Both the position numbers and the translations under genes were made by a program. Below the pieces are notes generated by a model. That model saw nothing but the letters and a program-made list of their open reading frames with translations, made no database searches and was not told the DNA's origin. 64,000 bases of DNA from Octopus sinensis (taxonomy: Eukaryota). The stretch covers positions 1 to 64,000 of the forward strand of contig NC_043014.1 of the NCBI RefSeq assembly GCF_006345805.1. Reading direction: 5' to 3'. Every line of letters starts with the position of its first letter. Position 1 is the first letter of the stretch. Shown piece after piece: positions 37,296-50,741 of this stretch.

Positions 37296-37564
37296 TTGTA
37301 GGTGTGCCTTATCTCTAAAAAACATTACAGTGAAATAGTACATGAATTGCTAGAAACCAGAGCCAATATACCATCAACTCATACCCCCAATGCATACCGT
37401 TTTCAGACAATGGGGGCACAGTTATCTGCGAAATGGTCAAATTAATTGAAATAAAACGAAAACATGAAATATTATCAATTTTATTTAGTGTTTTCAGCGA
37501 TCAACGTACAAACAAACTTTACTTTTTATAAGGATATTTGCTTTTTTTTTTTATAAGGAGATAA

Positions 37565-37619
<55 letters not shown>

Positions 37620-37632
37620 CAGAGAGAGAGAG

Positions 37633-37671
<39 letters not shown>

Positions 37672-39170
37672 CGGACAGACAGACAGATAAAGGTAGTGCT
37701 TATCGCCACTTTAACTTGAGCATTCTCTAAGAGATGACGACACTTGTTTTTATTCAAAGCGCATCCTATATATATATATATGTGTGTGTGTGTGTATTGT
37801 TTACTTTAAACTATTCATTTTATAGGTGTATACACACACACACACAGAGTAAATGTGTTAAGATGTGGCAGAACCCACAATTATAATTTTACAGTTGTTT
37901 TTGTAATTCAGGTGCAGAAACTATATAAAGAAATTGTGTGTGTGCGTTTTGCAAAACAGTTGTATTTAAATTATATTCTGTTTATTGAAAACTTGTCCTT
38001 TTTTTTGCCATTACTTTTGGTTTTGCCAGAGACTTTTCTTCACAGCTGTTTTATTCTCTACTTTATGCGTTTATAAAACTAATTTGCCAAAATAAATGGA
38101 CCGGTTGCAATAAAAATTGCAGATTCACAACATTCTAGTTATCAATGGAGTAAGGGAAACAACTCACTTAGTCGTCGATCATCTCCCCTGCATGTAAACT
38201 TTTTCTCTTCCTGGCTCCGTCTCGTATTATAAGGAACCCGACAGCACGCTTGTGATGAAAGACATTACAGATATGACCAACACGATTGTTTCTTTTTGTT
38301 TTTTTGTTTTTAATACAGTATATTCTAGAATCACATTATCCAATGTGTCCGTATTTTTATTTTAAACCAGCAAGGTGAGGGAGATTTGGCTGTTAACCCT
38401 AGCAGGCCAAACAATTATGTATGTTTGCATGTGTGCGCTCGTAATATAGTGACCAAGGAGGACTATTACTGACCATTGCCCATGCAAGGGGCTATTACAC
38501 CAGCAGTCCGCCTAACCTAAGTTTGCGTCCACAGTTTCCATGCTGGCAACGGTGTCCTCCTACTTGGCTGGGCATTGGATAGTTGCTTCACCGGCGATTG
38601 CACAACCTAAAGTTTTTAGGCTCAATAAGGCTTGCATAACATCTCAAAGATCCTCTTCATCCTACTGATGCAGAAACAAGCCAGGGCAAGGTAATATGGG
38701 TCACAGGCTCAGGAGTGTAGGAGCATCGTGATTTCAAGCGCAAACAAAAAATCTCTTAAATGCTCAGTGTCTTCCCCTGCATATCCGGTTTTACATCAGA
38801 ACAGACTTCTCCTTAATAAAAGCTAAGAGATGCCTCACTCCTACTGGTCTTCTGGCATACCAGAGGGAGAAGGGTTGAGCAAACCAAACAACCTTCTGAT
38901 GCCATTTCCTTTTGCAGGTGCTAGGGCCCAGCATATAGTAGATGTGATAAACCCACTGGTTGTTATATACACTGCATGTTATGTGTAGAAAGAATATATT
39001 AATTCCATTTGGCTTGTATCAAAATAGTGACAATAATGTGAATGAGATGAGCCCAATTTTTTATGACATGTAAACATAAATAGGATAACTGTATTTACAA
39101 TGACATGGTGTTTAGTAATGAATACTAACTGTATTAAACCTACATCATAGTTTGTGTGTGTGCCTGTATA

Positions 39171-39975
39171 CAGGGCCCGGACAGTATCTGAGGACAGATT
39201 TATGGTTTTTAAAAAATGCTCATATAATAACAGAAAAAAACTGTATCTTTATAAAAATAACATAAACAGAAAGCTAAATTATCGAATTAATAATTTCATT
39301 CAATAGAACCACCAAAAGCATCAATATCTGCCTCTACATGGGGTCGAAATCGTTTACAATCTCGGATTAAGTGGTCCTTGTCCAGCTTTCAAAGAATCTT
39401 TGGTGCTATAGGGTGTTCATTGACATTTTTCTCAATGATGCTCCATACATAGTAGTCCAGTGGATTGAGATCTCGAGAATTAGATGGCCAAATGTTGGGT
39501 GGGTGATGTGATCATGCAAATTGTCGGCCATCCATTCTTGTGTGATGGTGCAGAATCTTGTTGAAAGACATAAGGCCTTCCATTGCATAGTATGTTGGTC
39601 CAAGACTTAAATTTATCCAGAACCTCAATATATGCAGCAGAATTCACCCTAAAGCTTTGTGGAAAAATGTGAGGAGGCATCACATGTCCTTCATTGCTAA
39701 CAACACCCAAAACCATGACACTTGCAAGAAATTTTGTGTGTATTATACTCTTGAAAGGTCCATCTGTCATTTCTTCTGTTAGTTTTCTGGCCCTGGTCAA
39801 AGTTTTTCTCATCTGAGAAAAACCAAATCACACCATCTTCTGATGGATTTTTAAGTTTGTTCAAAAGTCTTTTGGATCTGATTAAAAGGTTTTCTTTTGT
39901 TTTTTTTAACATGAATTGACCTCTCCTCATTATATAAGATTTGTATATTCATTGCACAATATGATTTTTATTGGT
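39171..39975 (-). mobile_element. Second maT-type transposase relic with one TIR
   Basis: WFFSDEKNF, VMVLGVVSNEGHVMPPHIF, FQQDSAPSH and WPSNSRDLNPLDYYVW. The end is TA-cagggcccggacag. Confidence 0.85.
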
Positions 39976-40074
39976 AAAATTTAACCAATATTTCTCAAAG
40001 AAAAACGAAATTTACATGTTCAGGAATATCCCTTAGGTAAAGTTTGAACGTTGCTCTCCACACATTGTTAAAAT

Positions 40075-41036
40075 AGCAAGAAGGGATGCATTTGGGATGT
40101 GGAATGTCTTCAAGCGCTCACAGCCCTCAACCAATTAGACACTACAATAGGTGGAACGTCTACGTTAGCTTTTTATAGAGTACTTGTAGAGGAAAAATGC
40201 AATGATGTTCTTGGGGACACCTTGGGTATCAAAGAAGATCAGTTAGCCCCTCTTTTCTTGAGAACTTTCAGCCCAGGACCAATGGATAATTTCCAAAAAT
40301 CGCTGGCCTGGCAGTGCTACCAGGGAGATTTGCCTGTTTGAGATAAACTTTACAGGCAAGCATGTCTGAGATGTGCGCAGGACAATGAGACAGTCCTGCA
40401 TGCATTTGTCCAGTGCCCAAGCATTACCGATCTGTGGGTTTATGTTGAGCACCTGCTGTTGCATATGGGATGGATCCAGCTGTCAACTGAATTGTGAAGA
40501 TTGCCTGCCACTTTCCTTTAACCACGAAGGAAAGGCTGTGTTTACATGCCTGGTGGCCATGACAAAAGAGGTTATATGGTGGACGAGATTGAAGGGGCTG
40601 AAGACAAACACTTTTCTCTTTGACCCTGATAAACTTCAAGTTTCATTTGAAAAGGAAAATAAGGGTCGAGAGGGAAGTGTTGTTTTTTGGCCAGTTTGCT
40701 GAAAAGTGGATGAAAGTGGTGAGAATGGTGCAAGTGGATGGTCCTGCCTGGAGCATATCCCTGTAGTTAGGAAAAACACACCTGCCCCAAAAGTCAGGGT
40801 ACCCATGGTTTTCCATGGGTTTTTTCCGTGAGCAACCCTCAAATGTCTCCTCCCTATTGAGGATTATACATTGTTGTTCTTTTTCTTTTTCAATTTTGTT
40901 AGTCTTCTTTACACACAAAACCCTCACAACACACTCACACACACACTCTTTGTTTTGTCCTGTTCTGTCCACAATGTTTTTCTTAATGTAGACCCTTGTG
41001 GTTAATAAAGAAATCGTTACTACTACTACTACTACT
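40075..41036 (+). mobile_element. Tx1/L1-clade LINE 3' fragment
   Basis: LAWQCYQGDLPV*DKL...CLRC...ETVLHAFVQCP (L1-type C-terminal CCHC). Ends ccttgtggttaataaagaaatc plus a (TAC)n tail. Confidence 0.8.
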
Positions 41037-41485
41037 AAGGTGGCAAGCTGGTAGAATCATTAGCATGCTGGGCAAAATGCTTAGCAGTATTTCGTCTGCC
41101 ACTACTTTCTGGGTTCAAATTCTACCAGGGTCAAGCTTGCCTTTAATCCTTTCGGGGTCAATTAAATAAGTACCAGTTTACACAGTAGGGTCGATGTAAT
41201 CAATTTAATCCTTTCCCCTAAACCTGAGCTCATGTGCTTCCAGTAGAAAGCATTATTAAGGCAGCAAGCTGGCAGATTTGTTAGCACACTGGTTGAAATG
41301 CTATTTTGACTGCCGCTGTGTTCTGAGTTCAAATTCTGCCAAGGTTGACTTTGCTTCTCATCCTTTTGAGGTTGATAAATTAAGTACCAGTGAAACACTG
41401 GGGTTGATGTAATTGGTTATCCCCCTCTCCCAAATTTCAGGCCTTGTGCCTATAGTAGAAAAAATTATTATTATTATTATTATTA
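41037..41485 (+). mobile_element. Two head-to-tail copies of tRNA-headed SINE family B (Nin/Deu-domain-like), (ATT)n tail
   Basis: ggcaagctggtagaatc.ttagc...gttcaaattc...gcctttaatcctttcggggtcaattaaataagtaccag. The second copy starts at 41258. Other copies lie at 1-80, ~32020-32195, 44589-44770, 58850-59170, 61365-61750, 62408-62600 and 62920-63345. Confidence 0.85.
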
Positions 41486-41569
41486 TGGAGAGAGACTGAC
41501 ATTGAGTAGCCTATGTATATTTACCTACACCTGCTTTCTTTGACATGTTCAAGGACTCACTACACCCAG

Positions 41570-44095
41570 ACATGTGCCAGTAAAAGTCCTCCTTTTTCAC
41601 AGGTGTCAACCACTATCCCCTTCATGCTCTTACATTCTGCTGCAATCTACAAACTTAGAATAGTTATGATTAATTTCAGCGCTATGAAAGGTCGGTCTGG
41701 CAAGATTGTTGAAATGCTTGAGTGAAGAAAATTGGATGTTTGCTGCATGCAAGAGGTCCAATGGCAGAGAGCTTCAGTTAGACTGCTTGTGGGCAAGGAG
41801 CATAAATATAGATTCTTCTGGATAGGAAGAAGTGGGGTAGGTATACGCTTGGCAGAGAAGTGGATAGATAGGTGATTGAAGTAGTCAGGGTATGCAATAG
41901 GATTATCAAGTTAAGAATAATCTTGTATAATGCACCAGTGACAGAAGATCTGTTTCTATGAGTCCCAAGATAAGGGAAATGACCTTATCTTAGGTGGTGA
42001 CTTCAATAGTCAGGTTGGACAACACACCAATGGATTTCATTGTGTGCGTGGAGGTTTTGGCTTTGGCACTAGAAATGAGGAGAGAAGAAGGTTCTTGGAG
42101 TTCTGTGATGCAAATGACTTGCTGGTCTGCAACACTAACTTCAGGAAGCTAACCAGTCATGGTGGACATTCAAGTCAGATTGACTACCTCCTCACCAGAA
42201 ACAGAGATAGACTGAAGCTTGTAAATGTAAAGCCCTTTCCCAGTGAGTAATGTACAACTCAAAATACAGGTTAGTGGTTTGTGAGTTCAGACTTAGGGAT
42301 AGAGGGACACAGAGACACAAAATGATATGGAAAAGGGGGTTATGGAAACTGAAAGATCCATTAAACTGTCAGAGGTTTAGAGACATTCTGATTAGAGCAT
42401 TGAATGAGAAGGGGGAGTGGGTTGTGAGGTATAGCATCGAGATAATGGGAAGTTCCTATGAGACAACCTTCTGAAGGCTGTAGGCCAAGTCTATGGCTGG
42501 GGCAAAGTTTCCCCCAGACTGAGAGTGACCTCATGATGGAACAGCAAGGTAGATAGCATCATAAAAGCAAAGAGACAGACTTGGAGAGAATGGCGAAATG
42601 GAGGCAGTAAAGAGCTATATCATGTAGCCAAGAGGGAATCTAGGTGATAGGTTTATCTAACCAGGGCAGAAGCAGAAAGGAAGGTTTGCCAATGTCTTAC
42701 AGCATGAAGATAGAGACTTGAGAAGTTTAGGATTGCTAGCAGTATGTCAGAGGGAATCAAGATGTTGTGGGTGAGAAGTGTGTATGTATGCTTGCACTCA
42801 GTGACACCGAAAAGAAAGAAGCATGAAAGACTATGAAATGTGGAGAATGAATGGGAGAAAGAGAGCCTCCCTCATACAAACCTAAGAGAGGGACCAGCTT
42901 TTCAAGATGACAGCAGTATAATTGATAAGGCAATTAAAGATATGAAGACAGGGAGAGCCCTTGGTCTATCAGGAGTCACTGCTGAGGTGCTTAAAATATC
43001 TGGTAGAGTTGGTTATGGTCACCCAAATAGTAAATCAGGTTATTCAGGAAGGTGTAATCCCCATTGACTGGTGTAGCAGCATTATAGTCAGCTGCTACAA
43101 GGGAAGCAGGGATGCCTTGGATAGAAGTAATTGCAGAGGCATCAAGTTGCTTGATCAAGCCATGAAAGTGATAGAAAGAGTTATAGTCCAGTTAATTAGG
43201 GGTAGAATCAGATTAAATGAAATGCAGTTTGGCTTTGAGCCCCAGAGAAACACTATTTATGCCATCTTTATAATCAGACAATTTCAGGAGGAATATTTGA
43301 CCAAGAATAAACCATTGTACTTGGTATTTGTTGACTTAGAGAAAGCTTTTGGCAGAGTACTCCATTGTGTGATATGGTGGTCTCTGAGGAAATTGGGGGA
43401 AGACGAGTGGCTTGTGAAAGTTGTACAAGCCACGTACAGACGTTCTGTCAGTAAGGTGAGAATTAACCATGAATATAGCAGTGGATTTAGTGTAGAGTTT
43501 GGCATTCATCAGGGTTTGGTTCTCAGTCCTCTCTTATTCATGATCATCCTCCAGACCATGACAGAGGAGTTCAAGACAGGCTGCCCCATGGGAATTGTTA
43601 TATGCTGATGATCTTGTAGATTCTGTAACAGAACTAGAAATGAAATTCCAGGTGTGGAAGCAAAATCTGGAATCAAAGGGTCTTAAGGCTAACTTAGCAA
43701 AGACTAAGGTTCTAGTAAGCAAGAAAACAGACAGAACCTTTCCCCCATCAGGTAAATGACCCTGCTTGATATGTTGAAAAGGTGTAAGCAGGAATTCCAT
43801 ACAGTGTCGCCAGTGCAAGCTATGGATACACAAGAAGTGCAGTGGAATAATAGGAAGATTTTTAGAGAAGCTAGTGTTTGTATGTGGAAGATGTACAGGA
43901 GCCACAAAAACTACAAATACTCAGGAAATTGATTTTCTCAAATGTCCCAAAGGTTATTATGAGGTAGTGGGTAATTTCTGCTACCTAGGGGGCCTAATTA
44001 GCTGCGGCGGGGGGTGGGGATGCACAGAAAGTGTAGTCACTAGAATAAGAATAGGATGGCGAAAATTCAGAGCTTTTACCTTTGTTGGCAACTAA

Positions 44096-44136
<41 letters not shown>

Positions 44137-44460
44137 ATCTCTCTTTCTCTCTCTCTCTCTCTTTCTGTGAGTGCCCATGTACTCAGTGTCCAGAGTGCAC
44201 ATGTACACTGATGTTGCACATAAGAGGAATTAGATGCAGTGTGCAAGGTTGCATTGGTTTGGATGTAAACAGTTGCATACAAAAGTGCCAATCACTTGAA
44301 GTGGACTGAACTTGTGGAAGAGGGAGACCCAGGAAGACATGGGATGAAGTACTGAAGACCAGTTTCAAGATGCTGAGCCTTACAAAGGAGATGACTAAGG
44401 ACTGAGATATCTGGCCCCTTGCTGTACTCAAGAAGACCTGTCCACCATGCAAGAGTTGAT
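41570..44460 (+). mobile_element. Second RTE family, near full-length but decayed (APE + RT), interrupted by (CT)n
   Basis: MKGRSG.IVEML, CCMQEV, GGFGFGTRNEE.RRFLEFCD, SQIDY, MQFGF, FVDLEKAF, GIHQGLVLSPLLF, YADDL (43602) and GRPRKTW near the end. Confidence 0.92.
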
Positions 44461-44809
44461 ACTAATGCTAGTGCCTCATAAAAGCACTTGTGCTGGTGCC
44501 ACATAAAAAGCACCCATTACCATCCAACCCATGTCAGTATGGAAAATGGACGTTAAATGGTGATATTTCTATGATTATTATTATTATTAAGGTGGTAAGC
44601 TGGCAGAGTCATTAGCACGCTGGACAAAATGCCTAGCAGTATTTCGTCTGTTGCTATTTTCTGAGTTCAAATTCCACCTCAGTTGACTTTGCCTTTCATC
44701 CTATTGAGGTCGATAAATTTAGCACCAGTTGCATACTGGGTCAATCTAATCCCCTATAGTAGAAAGGATTCTTCTTCTTATTATTATTATTCTTATTCTT
44801 CTTCTTATT

Positions 44810-44853
<44 letters not shown>

Positions 44854-44882
44854 TATTTATTATGTTTGTTTTTATTTTTCAG

Positions 44883-45370
44883 AGGAAGCTGAATTGTGTG
44901 TGTCACGTCCGCTCTCCTCCTCTGAAGACTTATTCCACATCTATGACAACTACATCCGTCATGTACAACGCAATATTCAAGAGCAACAGGAGGAAGGCAT
45001 TCACTGTTTCTTACTGGTGCAGTGCCGCACAGGAACTAATGCCAATGTGCAGCACACAAAGAAGAAGCTGGCACAACTTGTTGCACATGCTTGCATCTTT
45101 GACAATTTCTGCTTCAAATTTTTTGATATTGTCAGCTTTGATGAGAAGGCAGCAAAATATGTTTTAGACGTGAAAGACTTTGATGAAGAAACTGTCCTCA
45201 TTGCCCTAACATTCCTCTATACAGGAGTTGTGAAATGCTCCAGCAAGCTCCTTCTTGACCTCAAGCGCTTGGCTCGTTATCTTGGTCTAGAGGAAGTGAT
45301 CAGTATCTGTAATAAGTTGATTCGGGAACAGAAGGCTTTTATCACTGACAAGGTGAAACCAAAAATTGAT
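44883..45370 (+). CDS. Coding exon of BTB-BTB-zinc finger gene (first BTB/POZ domain); not the first exon
   Basis: Acceptor tttatttttcAG (44881-82) and donor GTAAGT at 45371. The open frame EAELCVSRP...LVAHACIF...VLIALTFLYTGVVKCSSKLLLDLKRLARYLGLEEVISIC resembles a BTB fold (FLYTG, A..LGL...C). There is no Met in this frame, so an upstream phase-1 exon is required. Confidence 0.88.
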
Positions 45371-45759
45371 GTAAGTATTCCTGTTGTTGTTGTTGTTGTT
45401 GTTAATGATTAATTTACATCTTGAAGTCTGAATATAATTAAAGACATTCCAGCCATGGACACCCTCCCTTTTCAGAGATAGTTTATTGCAAGTAATAGGA
45501 AAAAAATCGAAAGAGTCAATGGAAATTGCTGCTGGTAACATCAATAAACATTATAAAGAAATGCTGGAAGAGTTTGGAGAAGTTCTTTATGTGATGGGAG
45601 TAAAGTTACTTATTTAAACTCCCAAACTTCAAAATGCAAAGTTTATCTCAGATTTTACATTCCCCATTATGTTGTTGTTGTTGCCACTATTATTGATTGG
45701 TTCAAGGCAGAATCCAAGAAAAATCATGCAAAAAGGTTAATCAATAAATATGATTGTTA

Positions 45760-45990
45760 GTGTATCATGGTGACTAAACATTTCAACATTTCAGGTGTTT
45801 ATATTTCCAAAGAGTTATGATTGACCATTAAACCCACAAATTTTTTTTTTTAATTCCCTCCCTGTTTATTTCTTCGGGTTCCTTTCCGTTGAAGAGTGTA
45901 GGCTCAAAATATAAAAGACTTTCTCATCTTCTTGAGCATCAAACTAATACACCTGCTTGTTGTTTCTACACATATCTTTTGTTTTTCTGT
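45760..45990 (+). repeat. Second pLTR-type repeat with decayed hammerhead-like motif (45882-45917), intronic
   Basis: cttt-CCGTTGA-a-gagt-gtag-gctc-AAAA-ta-ta-aaag has the layout stem I / core / stem II / GAAA / UH / stem I with substitutions consistent with decay. Confidence 0.5.
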
Positions 45991-47386
45991 AAATTTCAAC
46001 TCTGTCTGTGTGTGTGTGTGTGTGTTTAAAGTGTCTCTCCTGGACAAATGCTGCAGCTTCACAGCGTTTAACTACACACATATACATTATGTATGTTATA
46101 TTGATGACATTTACATTATTTAAGCTGCTTCAAACACAAATTCTAATTTTGTTTCCCTTGTGATGAATTTGCCCATCCGCAAATACTGTTAGTATTCCTG
46201 ATTGAGACAGATCATCTCAAAGTGACCCTGAAAAGTAGAAACGTTTGAGGATGAGGATATATATCGTTCAGAATTGTACAAAAAACAAAAATCAGATTTA
46301 TGGAGGAACAACAAACAAGATTTATTAGTTTGATGCTCAAGAAACGAAAGAATCTTTAATGTTTTGAACCTATTCACTTCTATAGAAAGGAAGAGGAAAG
46401 AATAAAGGAAGAGAGAAAAAAATGTGTCTGGATTAATGATTTCCCATGTTGAATTGGCCGAAAGGAAGAAAGTGGTTGATGGCAAAGGAGACAATACTGA
46501 CTTGGTTAATGTGTTCGTGCATAAGCATGTGTGTGTATGTGAGGGTAATGTGTGTGTTTGTATATGTGTATGCGTGTGGGGAAGCATGCATGTAAATATG
46601 AAGATTATATGAGTATGTGTGTATGTGAGTAAAGAAGCACCTGCACATGAGGGAAGTGTGTGAGATTATTAGATGTGTGTGTGTGTGTGTTTGTGCAAAC
46701 GTGTGCAGCAGCCAAATGTATGCTTTGTGCAAGTAGCATGTGTGCATGCAAGTGTGTGCATGTTTATACATAAAGTATGTGTTACACTGTTGTGTACGTG
46801 TGTATTGTGTGTGTTTATGCATGAATATTGCATGTTTTTATCCGTGTGTATGCATGTGCATGAGTGTGCATGTCCCTGTTATCCATTGGTGTGTGCATAT
46901 GGCACTGCTGGATAAAGTGTGTGTGTATATGGAGTTGATATATGCATAATATTCTGTTTGTGTGTATGTATATGTGTGTGTTTGTGAAGCTATCTGACAT
47001 ATGTGTGTGTCATGGAGGGATATATTTGGGTCAACCTGGATGGTGGTGCAAAGAAGAATAGGGGTGACAGGAAGCAGGGGTTGTACTTCCTAGAGTTTGT
47101 CTGCAATTCCTTCATATGGCATTGGTCACATCATGGCTTTAGTAGAACACTGTGTGCACAGAACTGTAGGACCAAAACTGGAAGCACATTTTGGGAAGTG
47201 AACTAGTTAACCATCTGTGTGTTTGTGTGTGTGTTGCTGCAGTATGGCGAATGTTCACTTTCTAATCTCAAGGTCTAGAATTCAGTACTATTAGTGTTGG
47301 ATGTAGTGATGATGGTGATGTTTGTGTTGGGTGTGATGATGATGATGGTATTATCAATGTTTATATTTTTCTCTTCCCTTCCTCAG

Positions 47387-47537
47387 AGAGAGCCCTACAT
47401 ACAAGAAGTGTCCCCTGAAGCCGTCCTCAGTTCCAAGTCATTGAGAAATCTCTCCACACTCAAGTCTGAGCTTCTTCATAAAGATTCTCCACACACAACT
47501 TCAAAGAAAACTAAAGAGACAGGAAGGAACAATAAAT
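47387..47537 (+). CDS. Internal 151-bp coding exon (linker between the two BTB domains)
   Basis: Polypyrimidine tract ttttctcttcccttcctcAG and donor GTAAGT at 47538. Phase 0 in matches the previous exon; phase 1 out matches the next. Reads REPYIQEVSPEAVLSSKSLRNL...GRNNK. Confidence 0.8.
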
Positions 47538-47769
47538 GTAAGTAGGACCATCAAACACACACACACACACAACTACACATGATCACACACACACAACTAC
47601 ACATGATCACACTCTCACACACACACAACCACATACACACATGTGTGTGTGCATGATATCTAGGCTCACATATTCCTTTATTGTGTTATATGTTTCAGTT
47701 ATTAGACCCTGGCCAGGCTGAGGTACAGCACTTCAGCCTCGACTTGTTTTTTTTTTTTTATCTTTAATA

Positions 47770-48500
47770 TGACAGAATCTAGTTATTAATATGAACTCTA
47801 TTATTGACCTAGTTATCAAAATGGGCACAAAAGTTGGCCTACTTCATTGTACATTCTAGTTTTTGAAAATGGACGTTACTAAAATGTTATTAAAACAGTC
47901 CCCAATACTGAGCCAGTAATTAATATTAACTAAACTGTTAACCCACTTGTTAAAATAGGTTGCAATGTTGACCTAATTATAAATATATGCTTCAGTGTTG
48001 ACCCAGTTTTCAAAATAAGCTCAACTGCTGACCTGTTTATTAATATTTCACTATAGATCTAACTATTCTGAAAGATATGGCTGTTAACTTGGTTATTGAA
48101 ATAGACTGCATTGTAAACCCAGTTATTAATATTAACTTCATTGTTGATCAAGTTATAAAAATAGATTCCAAAGTCGACCCTGTTATTAATATAAACAACG
48201 TTGACCCAGTTATTAGTATAAATTTGTGTTAACCCAGATATTAATATAAACTTATTGTTTATTATTTATTTGCTTCAAAATTTGATGCTGACAAAGTTGC
48301 ATCCATAAAACTTAATGTTGACCTAATTCTTCTTAACTCAGGCTTTCACTGCTAACTATTAATGGATGTTTCAATATTTATCCATTTATTAATGTAGCCT
48401 TCACTGTTGACCTAATTAAGAATGTTGCCTTCATTCTTTACCCAGTTATAGATGCAGGGTTTAGTGTTGACCTAGTTATAAATATTTCATTGTTGATCTC
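47770..48500. repeat. Degenerate ~30-bp minisatellite in intron
   Basis: Recurrent tgttgacc(c/t)agttattaatat core at ~30-bp spacing, roughly 20 units. Confidence 0.8.
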
Positions 48501-48726
48501 TGAAAGAAGACAGGTACTCAGCATGCCAAGAATCACTGGGATCTGGTTTCAAATCTGAGTAGATTCCATTGTTCTTTAAACATGCATAAACATCTGAAGG
48601 AAAGGCATGAATGTCACTACATACCATTCCTCCTCCTTGAATAAGGACTAATTTCTATTTGCTACAGAACCATTCTTATTCTGCCATCTTGGTTACTCTG
48701 AAATAAATTTTTTTCTTTTATTTCAG

Positions 48727-50741
48727 CAAATTCCTCTTCTGGTGGAGAAGTTTATCACAAATATGAAGGATACATCAAGCGGTTGTGGGATGGCTTGTGT
48801 CTTCAACAAAGGCAAAATCGATTCTGTAACCTAATTCTTCAGTTTGAAGCTGGTTATCCCAATCTCTATATTCATACGACAATCTTTTCCATTTTTTGTT
48901 CTAATTTTGCTGATCTTGCCAAATTTGAAGAAGTATCAGGGAAATATTATATTAATCTCTGTGGCTATTCCTATGACACAACAGTAATCTTGGTTGGATT
49001 CCTTTATACAGGAATCCTGAAATGTCCCCGCAAACTGGTTTCAGAACTTCAAGAGCTTTCCCATCATCTGGGGGTCAAAGAAATCAGTATTGTCTGTGAA
49101 GACTATCTAAAATCATCAGAATTATTATCGTCACACTCATTTTCTTTCCCATCTTCAGTTCCATTACCAAATTCATCTTCAAAGAACTCAGAAGCCGAAG
49201 CACCAAGCAAGGCTAAAGTTGCAAAAATTTCAACACAAAATTCCTCCAATTACAACAACAATTCGTCTCTCTCTCTTTCCGATTATATCAACAACTACCT
49301 TTGGGTAATCATGGGACTGCACCAAGAGAACGTTGTCTCTTCCTCCTCATCACCAAGTCTAGATTGCAACTCTGCTTTCTCTGCAGACTCAAATAATTCC
49401 GGGTCTGCTTCCAGTGTTAGTAATCTCTCCTTTGCAACAGAGTCTGGCTCTTCAAATGAATCAAGGAATTACAAATTCCCAACCCTAAGCAATTACCTGC
49501 AGCAATCAAGTGTGGAATATGGCCAGAATTCCAAGGTTTTTTCTATCCTTGCAAAAACAAAGAAACAAGCTGAGACTGTTCTGCATCCGTTGCCGTCCCT
49601 TCAACACCTTTCAAGCAGTAATGATTCCAACAGCAGCAGCAGTAGCAGCAAAGACAGTGGAAAGAATTCACTGATGAAAGTGAAACTAAGGCCATCAAAA
49701 ACTGATGCTTGTCTTCAGGATCGCAAAAAAATTTACCGAGATGTTATTTATGTGAATAAAGATGGGAGTCAGGTTAAAGGTAAGAAAGTGGCTTGTTATG
49801 AAGACTCACTGCCTTTACCAAAGCGCAAAGCTGCCCGTCCACAGAAAGTCCCAAAAAGCAGTGTCGAGATTGATTTAGATGAGATAGGAATTGTCTCGGC
49901 AGACACATATGACGGAGGATATCGACGCAAGCGACGAGCTGTACAGTGTCCTAAATGTCCAAGATCTTTTGCTGATGAAAAGGCTCTTTTAAAGCACTTA
50001 AATTCACATGAGCAAGGTGTAATTCATAAATGTCATGTTTGTGGCATGAATTATGCCCGCTTGTGTGATTACACTCGCCACATCCGGGTACATACAGCAG
50101 AGAATCAGTACACCTGCAGCTACTGCAATAAAGTCTCTCAGACACAACGTGATTTCATAGAACATAACAAAAGTGAGCACCAGGACAATCGTCCATTTAA
50201 ATGCGATGCTTCAGGGTGTACTTTCCAAGCGGCCAAACTGGCCTACCTCACAGACCATCGTCACATTCACAGTGATGTGAAAGGTTTCATCTGTAATAAA
50301 TGTGGCCGTACGTTTTCTCAGGCTGGTGGACTGCACAGTCACATAAAGAGCTGTTATCAAATGCAAGGTTACTTGTGTGATCTTTGTGGTCAGACTTTCA
50401 ACCACTTGGGTTCAATGAAATCCCACAGACGTATACACCTCGGTGAGAAACCTCATGCTTGTTCAGATTGTGGTGCAAGATTTAGTGACCATCGAAATCT
50501 GCGACGACATAAGCGAATCCACGAAAATTCCTTCCCATATCCATGTACTCACTGTGACAAACGTTTCCGTCATTCAAACTCTTTAAAAGCCCATCTACGT
50601 CACCATGGGGTCAATGTAGGTGGCACTAGTGTAACTGTCCTTATACAAGGAAATGACTGCAATTACCTTGACCCTGAAGAATTCCCTATGTGTCCCTCAC
50701 CTGCAAGTTCAGAATTTCAAGACTTGGCAGAAATTAATTAA
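48727..50741 (+). CDS. Terminal coding exon: second BTB domain, Ser/Asn-rich linker, 8 zinc fingers (7 C2H2 + 1 C2HC)
   Basis: Acceptor ttttcttttatttcAG (48725-26), in frame with the 652-aa ORF. BTB-like QRQNRFCNL...LVGFLYTGILKC...LGVKEISIVC. Fingers at 49947-50606 include a GEKPH linker (e.g. CSDCGARFSDHRNLRRHKRIH). Stop TAA ends at 50741. Confidence 0.95.

Noticed and set aside
44862-45167. Overlapping alternative-frame ORF in the BTB1 exon
   Set aside because: A shadow of the real coding frame; the other short antisense ORFs over LINEs and the zinc-finger exon were dismissed for the same reason.
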